Shown: positions 39,069 to 57,627, numbered from the stretch's first letter. The stretch: DNA of 64,000 bases from Salpingoeca rosetta (GCA_033442325.1 JAWQFM010000006.1:1317124-1381123), one strand, 5' to 3'. Numbers and translations are program-made. The notes: a model not told the origin generated them from the sequence alone.

Positions 39069-39686
39069 GACACAGAGTGCAGTGCACCAAAACCACGTGT
39101 GCAGTTAAACAACCCTCCCAGCCCCTGTTCCTAAACCATCACCTTCTGCTTCTCGTCGGCCTTGAGCGCGAGGTCCTTGGACTTGGCGGCGACCTCGTCC
39201 AGCTTCTTCGACAGCGACGCCAACCGCAGGTTCAGGTTGTCCAGGCTCTGCGGCGAGATGCCGTACACCCTACAGCGCGCACACACAAACACACACACAC
39301 ACACACGCACAAACATGAGCGTCGTGTGAACGGTTGGCTTGGTTTCACATGTATGTATGAAGCTTCACATGAACGCACGTGCAACTCATCTGAGACATGA
39401 CCCGTGGGCAGCATGCAGTAGACTTGCTCCCTCACCTTTGTGTCAATGCGTCGACAGCGGCCTTCAAGGTGGGCTCCTTCAGCCCAAGAAACGCACCTGA
39501 AGCAAGCAAGAACGGCAGAAGCAGGCGCATGAGTGGTTTTGATTGGCAAAAGGGGTTGGGCTGCTTGATAAGGGGCCAGCAGAGTCACACAAGCTCAAAA
39601 GGTTGTAAACTGCAGCACGTGCGACAGCCAACATAAAATAAACACAGAGACACAGAGGCGCGGACACAAACAAACACACGCACGCA

Positions 39687-39718
<32 letters not shown>

Positions 39719-40108
39719 CACACACACAGACACACACACAGACAGACACACACAAACCACCATGGACTCACACGACCCCTCTCCCCCCCACCCCAAAACC
39801 AAATCGCACCGATGGTTGTGATGCTCTGTGAACCGACGAGGTGTTCCAGCTGGGCCACACGCTGCTCCAACTCCGCCACCCGCGACAGCTGCTGGTACTT
39901 GGCCTGCTCTGGCGTGTAGTGCAGCGTGTACGTGATTTCCCCGCCTCCCTGTGGCGCGCGTGTGCGCGTGCGTGAGGTGAAGGTGGCAGTTTGGGCGGCG
40001 GGGGAGTGGTGATGTTGAGCACTTGGTTTGATGGACAGGGCCAGAGGGGAGGGCGTTGGACGCACACGACATAGACAGACAGACAGACAGACAGACGGAC
40101 GGACGGAC

Positions 40109-40207
<99 letters not shown>

Positions 40208-41989
40208 CGACAAACGCAATCCGCACACACATACACACAAGCAGAACGCGCGCACCTGTTTGGCAGCTTCCGGTGCTTGTGTGCTTGTGCCCTTAATCTT
40301 CTCCACCTCAGCAACTAGCCGTCTGCAGCCGAATGGTGCACGCAGGCATTCGAAGGGTGAACGTGGGGGGCGGGGACGAGAACAGCACAGATGATTGGTT
40401 GGTCAAAGGCATGACGGTGGAAGCCGAACAAGTACGGGCACTGGGACGCACAAGTAACCAACACAGAACCACAAAGGATAGACGCCCTTCCATCCATCCA
40501 CAACCCCCCTCCCCCCAAACACACACCACACGACACGGGCCGGGCGTTGCGGTACGTACGTTGCGACTTCCTTGTCGTGGGCCGGCGCCCTGTCGAGCGG
40601 AGCAGAGCGGGCGCCAAGGATTTCGTCCAACTTGACCTGCTGCAGCTGCTCGTTCAGCGATTGCACCTGTGCACAGAGGGCCACACACGTGTCCACGTGT
40701 CCAATAACGCATGCGTGAGGCACAGGCACAGACGCATCTCCAGCAAAGCAACGAATGTGCACGCACAAGGAGACACACACATACACACACACACACGCGC
40801 GCGCGCACGCACACACAGACACGCACACACACGCGCGCAGACAGAAACGCACGCACCTGGCTGGCCATGGTGGCGAGAGATGGCCCGCTGTCGTCCACGA
40901 GCGACTGGCCGTCCTGTGCATCCTTCATGCGCTGCACTTGCTGCAGGAAATCCTGTGGTGTGGCGAACACGCGTGCAGTTCGACACCATGCCAGGTGTCA
41001 GGACGCACGTGCAAACGCAGCCATCGTCAACACGTGTGCAGGCTCAAAGCTTGAAAACCGCAGGGGTTGGCAGCATCGGGGTGTCTTGAGCTCACCGTGA
41101 CTTCAATCTGAAGGCGATGGAAGCGCTCCTGCACAGATTCGTCGAGCGCGCCGTGCTCCGCCTGCAGGGGTTCAATGACGTTCAACAGCAAGACAAGACA
41201 TCGAATAAATGTGTGTGTGTGTGTGCGCGCGTGTGTGCGAGGAACAACAAGACAGCAAGCATGCGTGTGGCAAGGGCAGCGTGATACCGCGGAGACCATT
41301 GACACGGATATGGGGTGTCGCTTTGGGTACGCGTCTGGCTCGCGACACACGAGGTACACGTACCACTTGCAATGTGCGATAGCCTGTGTTCTTGTCACTG
41401 TTGAAATCTGCAGCGTGGTTGAGATCAGTTTGCGTGGTAGGGGTTAGCATAGGTGCGTGTAGGACAACAATAGCAGGTATCGCACGCGCTCTTGGCCTCG
41501 ATGTCTCTCCTTATGTGATGCAGTGCAAACGATGCACACCTGCTTCTGATGCATCGAGAACTGTGCCCTTGAATCTGTGTTGCGCCGTGCACACGATTGT
41601 ATGTGGTGGCGCATGTGTGTGTGTGTGTGTGTGTGTGCGTGCGTGTGTTTGCGTGTGCGTGTGTGTGTGCGTGTGCATGTTTGTGTTGTGCGTGTGTGTG
41701 TGTGTGCGTGTGCATGTTTGTGTTGTGCGTGCGTGTGTGAGTGTGCGTGGTTGTGTTGGAATAGTGAGTGGATAGATCCATGCAAGCGCCCACACCCACA
41801 TAGATTAGCAGCACTCAAGATGACACACACACACACGAACGCCACGAATATGCTGTCGTACTTGTTGTAGGCGTCTGCCTTGTTGGGCTCGGTCACATCC
41901 AGGGCGGGATCTGCCTCTGCCTCTGGCGTTTGTGACTGTTGACGTACAGACAGGGGGGAGGAGACGCAGGCACACACACACACACACAC

Positions 41990-42031
<42 letters not shown>

Positions 42032-42197
42032 CAACACAAGTTAGCACAGCCCACATACAGACAAACACACAGACAAACACACAGACACAGGCACACAACG
42101 CACATGCATCAATGCATATGCTCACCTGGCCAATGGGACCCTCTTCATCGTAGGTCACATCAGGTGTCTCAAACACCTCCGGCTGCTGTCCACTCAT
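38368..42197 (-). CDS. DCTN2: Dynactin subunit 2 (p50/dynamitin), multi-exon
   Basis: [57 protein letters not shown]....W......[32 protein letters not shown]. Confidence 0.9.
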
Positions 42198-42380
42198 GCC
42201 TTTTTATTGCTGTTCTGAATGTACCACAAGAGGGGTCAAGCAATGCAAGAAGCCAAGCAAACACAAACACTGGCTGGCTGGCTGGGTATCGTTCGTTGAG
42301 CTGTTGTTGTTTTCTGCGCTGTTTGGCGGGTGGTTTACTGAAAATTCAAGGAAATCTTTGAGAATAGTCGCTAATTTTTT

Positions 42381-45735
<3,355 letters not shown>

Positions 45736-45921
45736 CGTGTGTTGTGTGTGGCGGCTGCGCTGGCACCTTCACCTTGTATCGGCTGTTGTTGGTTGTTGTA
45801 TCTTTTATAATATGCAACTGCACGAAGATTCGATGGGAGAACAATGGGCGTGGGTGGAACAACGAAAATGTATGGAAAACATCAGCCATTTCTCTTCAAC
45901 ACTTGGGCCCGTCCGATAGGG

Positions 45922-46197
45922 ATGTCGTTCTTCGAAGACGTGAGTGCTGGTGCTGGTGTGCTGTGTGTGTTGTGTTGTGGTGAGCTGGATGTGTAGCAGC
46001 AAGAAGAAGCGTGGATGGTGGAGCTTTGTGGGTGGTGGGGTGGATGAGTTGGCGAGACGGGCTGGTGGCCGAGGTTGTGCTTGAGTCGGCGTTGGAGGGA
46101 AGATGGCTAAAAGGTCAGGAGGGGAAGATGGCGAAGATGCACAGTGTACTGGAAGAAGGGGCGACGACAACAGCTAGCTTGCGCACACTGATGTGGC

Positions 46198-46243
<46 letters not shown>

Positions 46244-47234
46244 CGCCACACACACCAGCAAAGAGCCAAAGCACTAGTGTTTGTTTTGGTTGTCCTTCTT
46301 GTGTGGTGCAGTGGTGGTGGTGGTGGTGGTGGTGGTGGTGGTGAAAATGGAGCAAAGGCACTGATTGTTCTGCAAATCAAGCCTCTGGCAAAGCAGCCAC
46401 ACTGGCTTTGTATTGCTCCATGCACTCCAACATCTGCTCAACATCGGCTCAGCTGCACGCTCACACGATGTTACTTGTATGCGATGGCCCTTGCTTGTGA
46501 TACCTGCATGTCTGGTCGCTTGTGTATGTGTATGTGTGTGTGTGTGTGTGTGCAGGGAAGCCGCGTTTGGGTGAAGACTGCCGAGACCTGGGTGCCCGCA
46601 GTGGCCGCAGGCAACGATGGCACTCAATCCTCCTTCAAGGCCGACGACGGCCAGGTCGGTGCACTACTGCCGGATGTTGTTCACATGTGGCAGTGACATG
46701 CCACGCGCCACATGCCACGCGCCATGCGCCATACACTTTCAAATGTTTTCACACTATTGAAAGGAAAAAACCCAGACGCGATTTCTGCCCCCGGCCCCGC
46801 TCACGCTGTACCCAATGTCAAACACACACGCACACACACACACACATTATCCTTGTTTCCTTATTATGATAGGTGCATGTGGTGCCAAACGAGTCCATTG
46901 GCCCAGACACCGTGACCGCCATGCACGAGACCAGCCAGGTACGGTTGAATGTCCTCTTTGATGAGTTGTGAACCACAGAGTGTCATCAAAGCGCGATGCT
47001 CTTCACTCAGGGGGGAACGAAACGTGTGGTCCTCAAACTCCTTTTCCCTCACCGTCCCCGCTCACGTCTTCCACTACATCACTCACACACTTCTTCACGT
47101 GTTGTCGAATCCCCTTCATTGAAACTTCACATTGCAGAACGGCATGGAGGACATGGCCCAGCTCGCAGATTTGCACGAGGGTTCCCTCCTCTACAACATT
47201 GCCCTGAGGTTTGCTGTCGCATATGACATAGTGC

Positions 47235-47283
<49 letters not shown>

Positions 47284-48770
47284 CACACACGATGATGGTT
47301 GTGCGGCTTTCCACATCACACAATTGAATTGGGCGCTCCTCACCCTTGCGGCGGGTTTGTTGTTGTTTTGTGTGGTTTTTGTTGGGGAATGTGTGCAGGT
47401 TCAAGCAGAACAAGATCTACACGTACATTGGGTCCATCCTCTCCGCCGTCAACCCGTACCAGCGATTCAACGAACTCTACGGTCCAGAGAAGGTGCGCGG
47501 CAGTGCAAGTGTACAGTCGTTTCTGTACACGCTTGTTGGTATCCTTCCTTGGGATCGTGTCGTTTATGTCTCCTTCGCTCAAGCTTTGACCACGTGCTCA
47601 CTCCTTGCCTGGCATGACAGATTGAGGAGTACAAGGGCAAGACCATTGGCGATCTGTCTCCGCACATTTACGCCATCGCCAACGAGGCGTACCACGCCAT
47701 GTGGAAGAAGTACGTTATTGCCTGTATCATATCGCTTATGCATGCGCAAGCAGAGGTGTGTGTGGGTGTGTTTGTTGCCCATGGGGCGCCAATAACACTC
47801 TTCTCTGTGGTTTCTGTCCGCGTTTCTTTGTATGTCTTGACCCCCTCTCTGTCTGCCTGTCTCTGTTTGATGCTGCCTGATCCATCGCCTCTACTTTTCC
47901 ATTCATCCTCACCACTTCATCTTTATCCTCACCACCATCTTCCTTCCGCGCCCCCCCCCCAAACTGCCGCCACTGCCGCCACTGCCTGCAGCGATGCAAA
48001 CCAGGCCATCCTCATCAGCGGCGAGTCTGGCGCAGGCAAGACCGAGTCCACCAAGTTCATCCTGAGCTTCCTGTCGCATCTCAGCAACACCATCAACGAC
48101 TCCAAGGGCGTTACCGCCGCCAAGAACTACGAGGAGCAGATTGTGCTCAGCAGCCCCATTCTTGAGGCATTTGGCAACGCAAAGACCGTCTACAACAACA
48201 ACTCCTCCCGGTACGCAACCCCCCAAACAATCGAGCATCGTGCCCTGTCGTGCGTTGCTGTGTGTCTCTCTGCCTGCTTTCGTGATCTTTTCCTTGACGA
48301 GATTTCTCTCCACACTTTCTTCTTCCTCGTCCTTCGTTTTTCTTTCCTTCTCTTCATCCCTCTGCTTGCCTCACGCCACTGCGTCTCCCACGTGTTCCTC
48401 CTGCTCCTCCACCACTGCCTCCGTGTAGGTTTGGCAAGTTTATCCAGCTGGCCTTCTCCTCTGGTGGCACAGTGGAAGGCGCAAAGATCATCGACTACCT
48501 CCTCGAGAAGAACAGGGTTTGTCATCCATCTTTGCTGCTTGCATGCATGTTCTTGGTTCCGATGCTTGCGTGCTTGCTTGATACTCGTGTGTGTGTGTGT
48601 GTGCGAACGTGCGTGTGTGCGCGTGAACGTGCGTGTGCGCGCGTGCGCGCGTCCCTGTTGGCTGAGTGATTGATTAGTCACAGACACGACCCCACGCTCA
48701 CAACCAATTACATCGTGCGCGCACACCGTTTACTTACAACCCCCTGCACCCCACCTGTCCACAATCCCCT

Positions 48771-48822
<52 letters not shown>

Positions 48823-49840
48823 GCCGCGCTTTCTTACAGGTTGTGCGCCAGAACGAGAACGAGCGCAACTTCCATGTGTTCTACTGCCTGCTTGCGAGCG
48901 ACAAGCTGGACAAGCTGTACCTTGAGGCGGACCCGAGCAAGTACCACTACACGTCGCAGTCTGGCGTGTGGACGGCGGACGGCATTGATGACGGCGAGGA
49001 CCACGCGCGCCTGCTCAAGGCGTTTGAGGCCATGTCCTTCACGCAGGAGCAGCAGGACGACATCTTCAAGATCCTCGCAGCCATCCTCATCCTCGGCAAC
49101 GTCAACTTTGTCAACCAGGGTGGCGCGCACGTTGTGACGCGCGATGTGCTGCAGCAGTGCTCGGAGCTGCTCGGCGTGGAGGCGGACGACGTTGCCGAGA
49201 TTCTCACCCAGCAGAAGCGCGTTCTTCGCGGCGAGGAAATCTTCACCCCGCTCGAAGTCGACCAGGTACACACATAGAGAGGGTGTGTGTTTGTTTGTTT
49301 GTTTGTGTGTGTGTTTGTTTGCTTGCTTGCTTGTGTGTGTGTGTTTGTTTGCTTGCTTGCATATGCTCGTGGACATGATCCCAACTGTCCCTCCTTTATC
49401 TCTTTCCCTTCCTCTCCAACTGCACTGCCGCTCACCCACTTGCTTCTTGACGTGTGTACAGGCTGCGGACTCGCGGGATTCGCTTGCAATGGCGCTGTAC
49501 GCGCGCACGTTCAAGTGGATCATCTCCAAGCTCAACCTCTCCCTCAAGGGCCAGGAGTCGTTCCACTTTGTCGGCGTCCTCGACATTTTCGGCTTTGAGA
49601 ACTTTGAGCACAACTCCTTTGAGCAGTTCAACATCAACTACGCAAACGAGAAGCTCCAGCAGTACTTTAACAGGTGCGGCCCGCCCCTTGCGCAGTTATT
49701 GTTTGTTGGTTTGTCAATGTGTGTGTGTGTGTGTGTTTGGTTTGTTTCGGCTGTTTCTGCCATGTCGCGTAACTTTTTCCGTGATCCCTCCCCAAACCGA
49801 CACACTCACGTGCACATCACATCGTTCTTGTCTACGCACA

Positions 49841-49901
<61 letters not shown>

Positions 49902-52900
49902 GCACGCACACACACACACACACACACCGCCTGCTGCCGCTCGTGCATATCTGTGTTTCGCAGGCACATCTTCTCCCTGGAGCAGCTTGAGTACAACAAG
50001 GAGGGCATTGACTGGAGCGACATTGACTGGGTGGACAACGCCGAGTGCCTTGACCTGATTGAGCGCAAGCTCGGCGTCCTCTCACTCATTGATGAGGAGA
50101 GCCGCTTCCCCAAGGGCACCGACAACAGCCTCCTCGTCAAGCTCCACTCCTCCCACGGCAGTGAGTACCTGTACCACACGTACCGGAGACAGACGTTGTG
50201 CATCATCATCATCATCATCATCATCATCTCTCTCTCTCTCATACGCACCCTCGCATATACCCCGCCCCCCTCCTCTTCACACATCATTACGCCATGACCC
50301 CCCCCCCTTGCTGTTCTCTCACTCACTCACCCTTACCTGCTCACACCCATTTCTCTTCCCCCCTTCTCTCTTGCTCCTAAACATACACACACACGCACAC
50401 ACACACTGTCTCTCCTCCTCCGCACGCCCCTTGTTAGACGAGGACTCGCCGCACTACATTCGGCCGCGCATGCAGAACACGCTGTTTGGCATCCGCCACT
50501 TTGCCGGCGACGTCATGTACGACGTCTCTGGCTTCCTCGAGAAGAACCGCGACACCTTCAGAGAGGTCCGCCAGCGTGTGTGATGGGCGTGTAATGAGTG
50601 TGTGCGTGTGATGGGCGTGTAATGAGTGTGTGCCGTGTAATGTTGGGTGTGTGATGTACATGTGTGGATGGTGTTAGACTCTTGCGCCGTTGTGAACACG
50701 GTTTTTTTGTTCGTTCGTTTGTTTGCGTCATCACATCATTTATTCATGCCACTCTTGTTGTTGCTGCTGTTGCTGTTGTGTCCTGCCCTGCACATTTAGG
50801 ATCTGCTTGAGGTGCTTCGGGAGAGCAACAGCGATTTCGTGTACGACCTGTTTGAGCACGACTCGTCTCGCGGCGGCGGCAAGCGGCCCGGCACCGCCCG
50901 CAAGAAGCCAACCGTCAGCTTCCAGTTCAAGGTCTGTGCCGCTCGCCTGGATGAGAAGCTGAGACATGCGCCCCGTGTGTGTGTGTGTGTTTGCGTACAT
51001 GAATGTTGTGCGTATGCCCATGTGTATGTTTGCATACGTCCGTCTATGCATGTGTGTGCGCGTGCGGCTGTCTTGTTAGGCAATGCAGCTTGCTGTGTCG
51101 TGTTTGCTGTGCAGTCTTCACACGTCTTTGAAGCGTTGCCCGTCCTCCGCTCACTTGACCTGTTCTCACACCAACCACCACCACCCACCACCACCACCAC
51201 GCGCGCGCCGTGCGATCACCGCCACCGCCACAGGAGTCGCTACACCACCTCATGTCGATGCTTGGCGTGGCCTCGCCCTTCTTCGTGCGCTGCCTCAAGC
51301 CAAACACCAAGAAGGTTGCTCAGCAGTTTGAGCACAACATCGTCCTCAACCAGCTCCGCTACTCTGGTGTGTGAGCGGGGTTGTGTGAATGTGTGCGTGT
51401 TGAGTGCGTGCTGAGAGAGAGTGTGTGAAGTGTTTGTACGTGTGCGTTCATCAGTGTGTGTGCATACCATTGCGTGTGTGCGTGCGTGTGCATGGCGGGG
51501 ATTGTCTGCTGTCTCCCCCGTTTGCACCATCTCATTCTGGCCACATGCACTCATGCATCATGTGCATCTGTTTGCACCAACCACCCCACACCCCTCCACC
51601 AAACTGCCTGCAGGCATGCTTGAGACGGTGCGCATTCGCCGCGCGGGCTACCCTGTCCGCAGGGAGTTTTCCGACTTCCTCTTCCGCTACCGCGTGCTGT
51701 CCAGCGGTATCGACAGCAACCTGCCCATGCCCGACCAGAGCAAGGCCCTCCTCGCCAAGTTTGACGCAAACGCCAAGGACTGGCAGATTGGCAAGAGCAA
51801 GGTGCCGTCACCTCGCCTCACTTGCTCGCTTGCTCGCTTTCTTGTTCATTGACTGTTGCTGTCCTTGATTGCTACCAGCGCCACGATGTATATCATGTAT
51901 CACGCAACACAAACACACCCACACTCACTCACTTGCATACACACTCACATCAACACACAAAACACACATATTCCCACTTCCCCCCCCTCTCAGGTGTTCC
52001 TGCGGGAAGGGCTTGAGGTTGAGCTTGAGAAGGAGCGGCACGTGAGCCTCAAGGCGACGGTGCAGAAGATCCAGGCCGTCATCTTGGGCTATATCCAGCG
52101 CAAGCGCTACAAGATTATGCTGCGCAACGCCCGCCGCATCCAGGCGTGGGTGCAGATGGTGCTCACGCGCCGGCAGTACCTCAAGGAGAAGGCGGCGGCC
52201 ATCAAGATCCAGGCCGTGTACCGCGGGTACCGGGCCCGCGTGCTGCGCGCCCAGCTGGAGGAAGAGCGACGCATCGAGGAGGAGCGCCGCCGCGAGGAGG
52301 AGCGCCGCAGGGAGGAGGAGCGCCTCGCCGAGATTGCGCGCCTGGAGGCCGAGGCCAAGGCGGCTGCTGAGGCCGAGGAGCGGGAGCAGCAGGAGGCGCA
52401 GCGGCGGCTTGAGGAGGCCCGGCAGCGGCAGGAGGAGGAAGCAAAGCGCAGGCAGGAGGAAGAGGCGCAACGAAAGGCAGACGAGGACCGCCGCCTCGCT
52501 GAGGCCCGCGAACGCGCAAAGTACGTTTTCTCCGCTTCACGTCGCGCTGTTTGACACATCCGTGCCCCCTGTGTGTGGGTGTGTATGTGTGTGTGTATGT
52601 TGTGTTGTACGGTGTGGTGTGTGGGGGGAAGGCACGCCTGTACGCGAATGCATGTGCGAGTCATGCCTATGATGCCTTGCGGTTATGGGAGTCGTTGAGC
52701 TACCATACCAGCCCTGTGTTTCCTTTCGTGTTTCCTGACGCTTCCCCAACCAACCGTGCGCGTGTGTGCCAGGGTGCTGGAGCAAGAGCAGCGGCAGCGC
52801 GAGGAAGAGGCCCGTCGCAAGGCCGAGGAGGAGCGGCTTGCAGCAGAGGAGGCCGAGCGGCAGCGGCAGATGGAGGAGGAAGCGCAGCGCCTTGAGGAGC

Positions 52901-53368
52901 AGCGCATGGCGGAGGAGGCCCGCCGTGAAGAGGAGCGCATGCAGGCGATGCGCGACGCCGAGGCCGAGGCCGCGCTTGAGGAGGCCGAGGGCATGATGGA
53001 CGAGGAGATTGAGGAGGAGCACCACGAGGGCTACCTCGCCATGTTCCGCGGCGTCCTGCAGAACCTCAAGAGCAAGTGGTGCGTGCTGCACGGCAACACG
53101 TTCATGTTCTTCAAGAAGCAGCAGGACTCGATCCACGCGGGCTTCCTCACGAAGATGGGCGGCGGTACGAGCACGCTTGGCCGCAAGAACTGGAAGCGGC
53201 GCTGGATGGCGCTCAAGGGCGGTAAGCTGCACTACTACCCGTCTCAGGACGAGAAGGACGAGCTTGGCGTTGTCGACATTCAGAACTGCATCGAGATCAT
53301 CTGCGTACGTTGATTTCATTGATTCATTTTGTCGTGCTCAGTTTCGTTCAGAGCATGTATGTGCCTGT

Positions 53369-53401
<33 letters not shown>

Positions 53402-54015
53402 TGTGCGTGTTTGTCTTTGGGTTATGGCCGTTATCTGCTTCTGTCCTGGCTGCTCGTGTGTCTGTTCGCCACTCCAGTGCTCGCTCACCTTACGTTTGTG
53501 TTGTTGTTGTTGTTGTTGTTGACCTGCGCAGGACGACCTTCCCCTCAAGAAGGAGCACGCCTTTGCCATCGACACGGGCAAGCGCACGTACTTCATGTAT
53601 GCGTAAGTTGACCAACACTTTGCACGGTTTGCACCAGTGTTTTGCGTGTATCCCTCGAGCCCAACCCACGCAAACCAACACGCCATTGCACCTGCAGCGC
53701 CTTTGCAGCTTGTTGGTTCATTGTGCATGCATGCCCTCTGTTGTGCACCCGCATCCACGTTCATTGCGTATTCACCTGTTCGGCCACCACACATCCCCCT
53801 TTGTACATTTCTCCGTCTCACCAGGGACTCTGAGGAGGAGCGTGAGGAGTGGCTTGAGATCCTTGGCATGGTCAAGGGCAAGAGCGACGCCGAGCTCGCC
53901 CAGATGATGGAGACCGCCAGCGTCAACCCACGCAACGCCCAGGTAACATTGCACACATGCGCACAACATGCTTGTGGTTATGCTTGTGAATTGTTCACAG
54001 TGTCGTGCGCATACG

Positions 54016-54047
<32 letters not shown>

Positions 54048-54734
54048 GCGCAGATGCGCAATGACCCAACGTTGTTTCTCCTACCTTGAATTTGGCATGT
54101 TCTTATGCTGCTCTCCTCGTGATCAGGGCACCATTGACGTGGACGACATTCTGTCTGTGGGTCCCGCGCACTCGGACATTGACGGCCATCCATCGTTTGT
54201 CGTGATGACCGCCGAGCGCGTGTACAAGTTTGTGGCGCGCGACCAGGGCGAGATGCAGGCGTGGATCAAGGTCCTCAGCCCCAAGAAGCGCGACCCAACA
54301 AGCGACCTCGACGGCGGCGACAGTGCGTTTCTTGCCGTGTTTCATGCAGCGCTGTTGCAAACACTTCATCCACGTTGTGCACGTGCATGCATGTGTTCAC
54401 AATTGGGCGATCTCTTGCGTGTTGTGTGCTGCTCTGTTCGCCAGCCCTGCCACTCTCTCACTCTTCCTTCCCCCACCTCCACCTCCTCACCCTGGCCACA
54501 CACCGTACCTACCCTTCTGCACAAACTCTTTAGCGGCTGTTGTTGAGCGCGGGTGGATGCTCAAGGCTGGCGGCAAAGGAAACGCCTTCAAGCGCCGCCG
54601 CTGGTTCATCCTCCGCGGTGATGTCATCAGCTACTACAAGACCCCGGTACAGCTCTTGATTCCGGCATGCTCGCGGGCATGGTTGGAAGTCAACGCTCTG
54701 AATTGGCTTACCTGCACCTGCACATTGCGCACAG

Positions 54735-54767
<33 letters not shown>

Positions 54768-56195
54768 GTGTGAGTGTGAGTGTGTGTGTGTGTGAGTGTG
54801 AGTGTGTGTGTGAGTGTGTGAATCTATCGTGTTCACGATGCGTTGCTGGCACAGCATGCAGTTCTTCGTACCACCTCTTGCGCTCCTCCATGTACGCACC
54901 TTGGTACTGCTCATCTTTTGCCTCCGCACCCAAACGCATCCTCTTTTGTCCAAAACGCCTTTGGGGTTTTCAGGCGGACGATCTGCCTGTTGCGACCATC
55001 CCGCTCAACTCGCTGTGCTCCGTGATTCCGCCTGACGAGGCTGAGGCTGCACGCGCCGGCGAGTGGACGTTCACGGTGCACTCCCGCCACAAGACCTTCT
55101 ACCTCACCTGCAAGACCCAGGCAGATGCCAACCGCTGGATCAACGCCATCCAGGTTCGTGTGCATGCATGTGCTTGTGTGCTGCTTGTGTACGTGTTTGC
55201 ATGTTTGTTTGCGAAACGGCCAGCAATGCACTCTTGCATCGAGAGTCATTCGTGTGGACCACTTTCCTACCCCCCCCCACACACACACATACACACACAC
55301 ACACATCTACAATCCCCCGTGTCCTCCTCACCCGCAACGCCGTGCATGCTGGTGGCCCAGGATGTGATTGACAACTCGCCGCTGATGGAGATGCCCATGG
55401 AGAAGCTGATTGACGAGCTCAAGCTCGCGTCCCCACAAGAGGCCGACCAGATCTACGCCACACACAAGGTTCCTTCCGCCCCCCCCTCTTGTTGCTTCGC
55501 TTGTGTTTAGTTTCTCATCGTTGTCTCCTGACTGCCACCGAAAATTTCTTGCTTGCTTCACCCCCTATCTTCCAACAACACCGCGCCGCTAACCCAGCTT
55601 GCCTGCCTGCACACATGCACACACTTCTCGCTCTCTGTTATTTCGCGCCCAACTTGCAGCTGTTGACGTACTCATCCAAGCCGCTCAAGGGCTCGCTGCT
55701 GCCGCTGCCGTACGGCGAGATCACGTCTCCGTCTGGCGCCCGCGCGTACGAGACGCTTGAGGCTGAGGCGGTGAAGCTGAGCGCATCGCTTCTGCCAGCG
55801 GTGGAGACTGGAGGCCGTGGCGGCCGCTTTGGCTCTCCGGAGAACCCGGCTGAGCTCATCCGCAACGTGCTGCAGCTGTGCTTTGATGTGCCCAAGATGC
55901 GCAACGAGGCCTACTGCCAGGTGATTGTGCAGACGACCAACGCACCCAACCCTGGCTCCCAGCTCAACCTCACCCACTGGCACCTGCTGGCCGCCATGTG
56001 CTGCTCCTTCCTCCCCTCGCGCAAGTTTGTGCGCTTCCTCCGCTTCCACCTCAAGCGCACCATCGACCACCTGGAACAGGTCCGGTCTGCCGCCATTGTG
56101 ATCACGCGTTTGCACATGTCACGCTTTGCCTTGCTGCACCATGCCTCTGACTTGCACTTGTAACCTAACACGCCTTCATCATCATCATCATCATC

Positions 56196-56266
<71 letters not shown>

Positions 56267-56452
56267 CGCGCCCCGCTTTGGTAGGTTGGCGAGGAGGTGG
56301 TGAACATTGCTGCGTTCTGCCTGGAGGCGCTCAAGCACACCAAGACGCGCGACTTCCCACCATCCACAAAGGAGATTGAAGCCATCATGTCTGGCAAGGG
56401 CCTCTCCTGCACCGTGTTCTGCGTCAACGGCAGGTGCGAGACACTACGATAC

Positions 56453-56506
<54 letters not shown>

Positions 56507-57589
56507 TGCTTCCGGTATGAATGGCTGCGCCTCCTCTCTCACCATTTTCCCACTCACTCAACAACTCTCGTAATGTACTCGTCCCCCCCCCCCACAAAAC
56601 AACAAAATATCCCTCTTTGCCCACAGGACGGTGGACATGCCCATCACCTCCAGCACCACGTGCGCGGATGTCATCAACTACGTCAAGGATGAGCTCGACC
56701 TGACGCAATGCCGCAACGGCTTTGGCCTCTTTGAGACGTGCGGCTCCGTCAGCAAGTACCTCGAAGAGAAGGTTTGTTACATGGAGCGCGTGCGTTTGCA
56801 TTGTGTGGCTTTATATTTGCGTGTCTGGATATGCGCGCACATGGAATGTACTGCGGTGAAACGCAACGTTTAGACACCTGATGCGTCTCCTTGTTCGAAG
56901 CTCACGCGTGTCCGTCTTTGCCTGTGTGTGTGTGTGTGTTCCATGTGTTGTACAGTACACGGTTGCTGATGTGCTGTCCAAGTGGGAGAAGTACGAAGCA
57001 CACGGCATCAACCCTGAGGGCGGCTCCTGGCGCCTCACCTTCAAGCTCTTTGCCTTTTACGACCCCATCGCTCCAGACCTCTCCATCACCGAGAAGGCAC
57101 GTCCCACAAGCACAGACACTGCCGCTGGCTGCCGACGGCCGTCTGTGTGGTCGCGGTTGTTGTTTGTGTCAAACACACACACACACACACACACTCTCTC
57201 GCTTCTGGGATTTTGTGCATGCATGTTTTCGAGCCATGCCAGCTCACATTCCATCCAATTTCTCTCGCATCTGACCCTTTGCTGCTCCTTTGGGTGTTCA
57301 GGAGTTCCTGTTCGAGCAAGCGTTTGAGAACGTGATGAACCACCGCTTCCCCGCTGACGACGCCACGCACATCAAGCTCGCTGCCCTCCGCACGCAGTAC
57401 GTCGTTGGCGACCACGAGGCCGGCGCGTACATGTCCTCGCTCGTGAAGGTGCACCCTGCCCAGCAGCCGCAGCTGCTCGCAGACACGGCTGCAACCGGCG
57501 GCAGCACCCTCAAGCGCGCTGGCACCATGATCAAGGGTAAGTGATGAGCGCTGTGTGTTTCTGTGTATATGTGTGTGCGATGAGTACGC

Positions 57590-57627
<38 letters not shown>

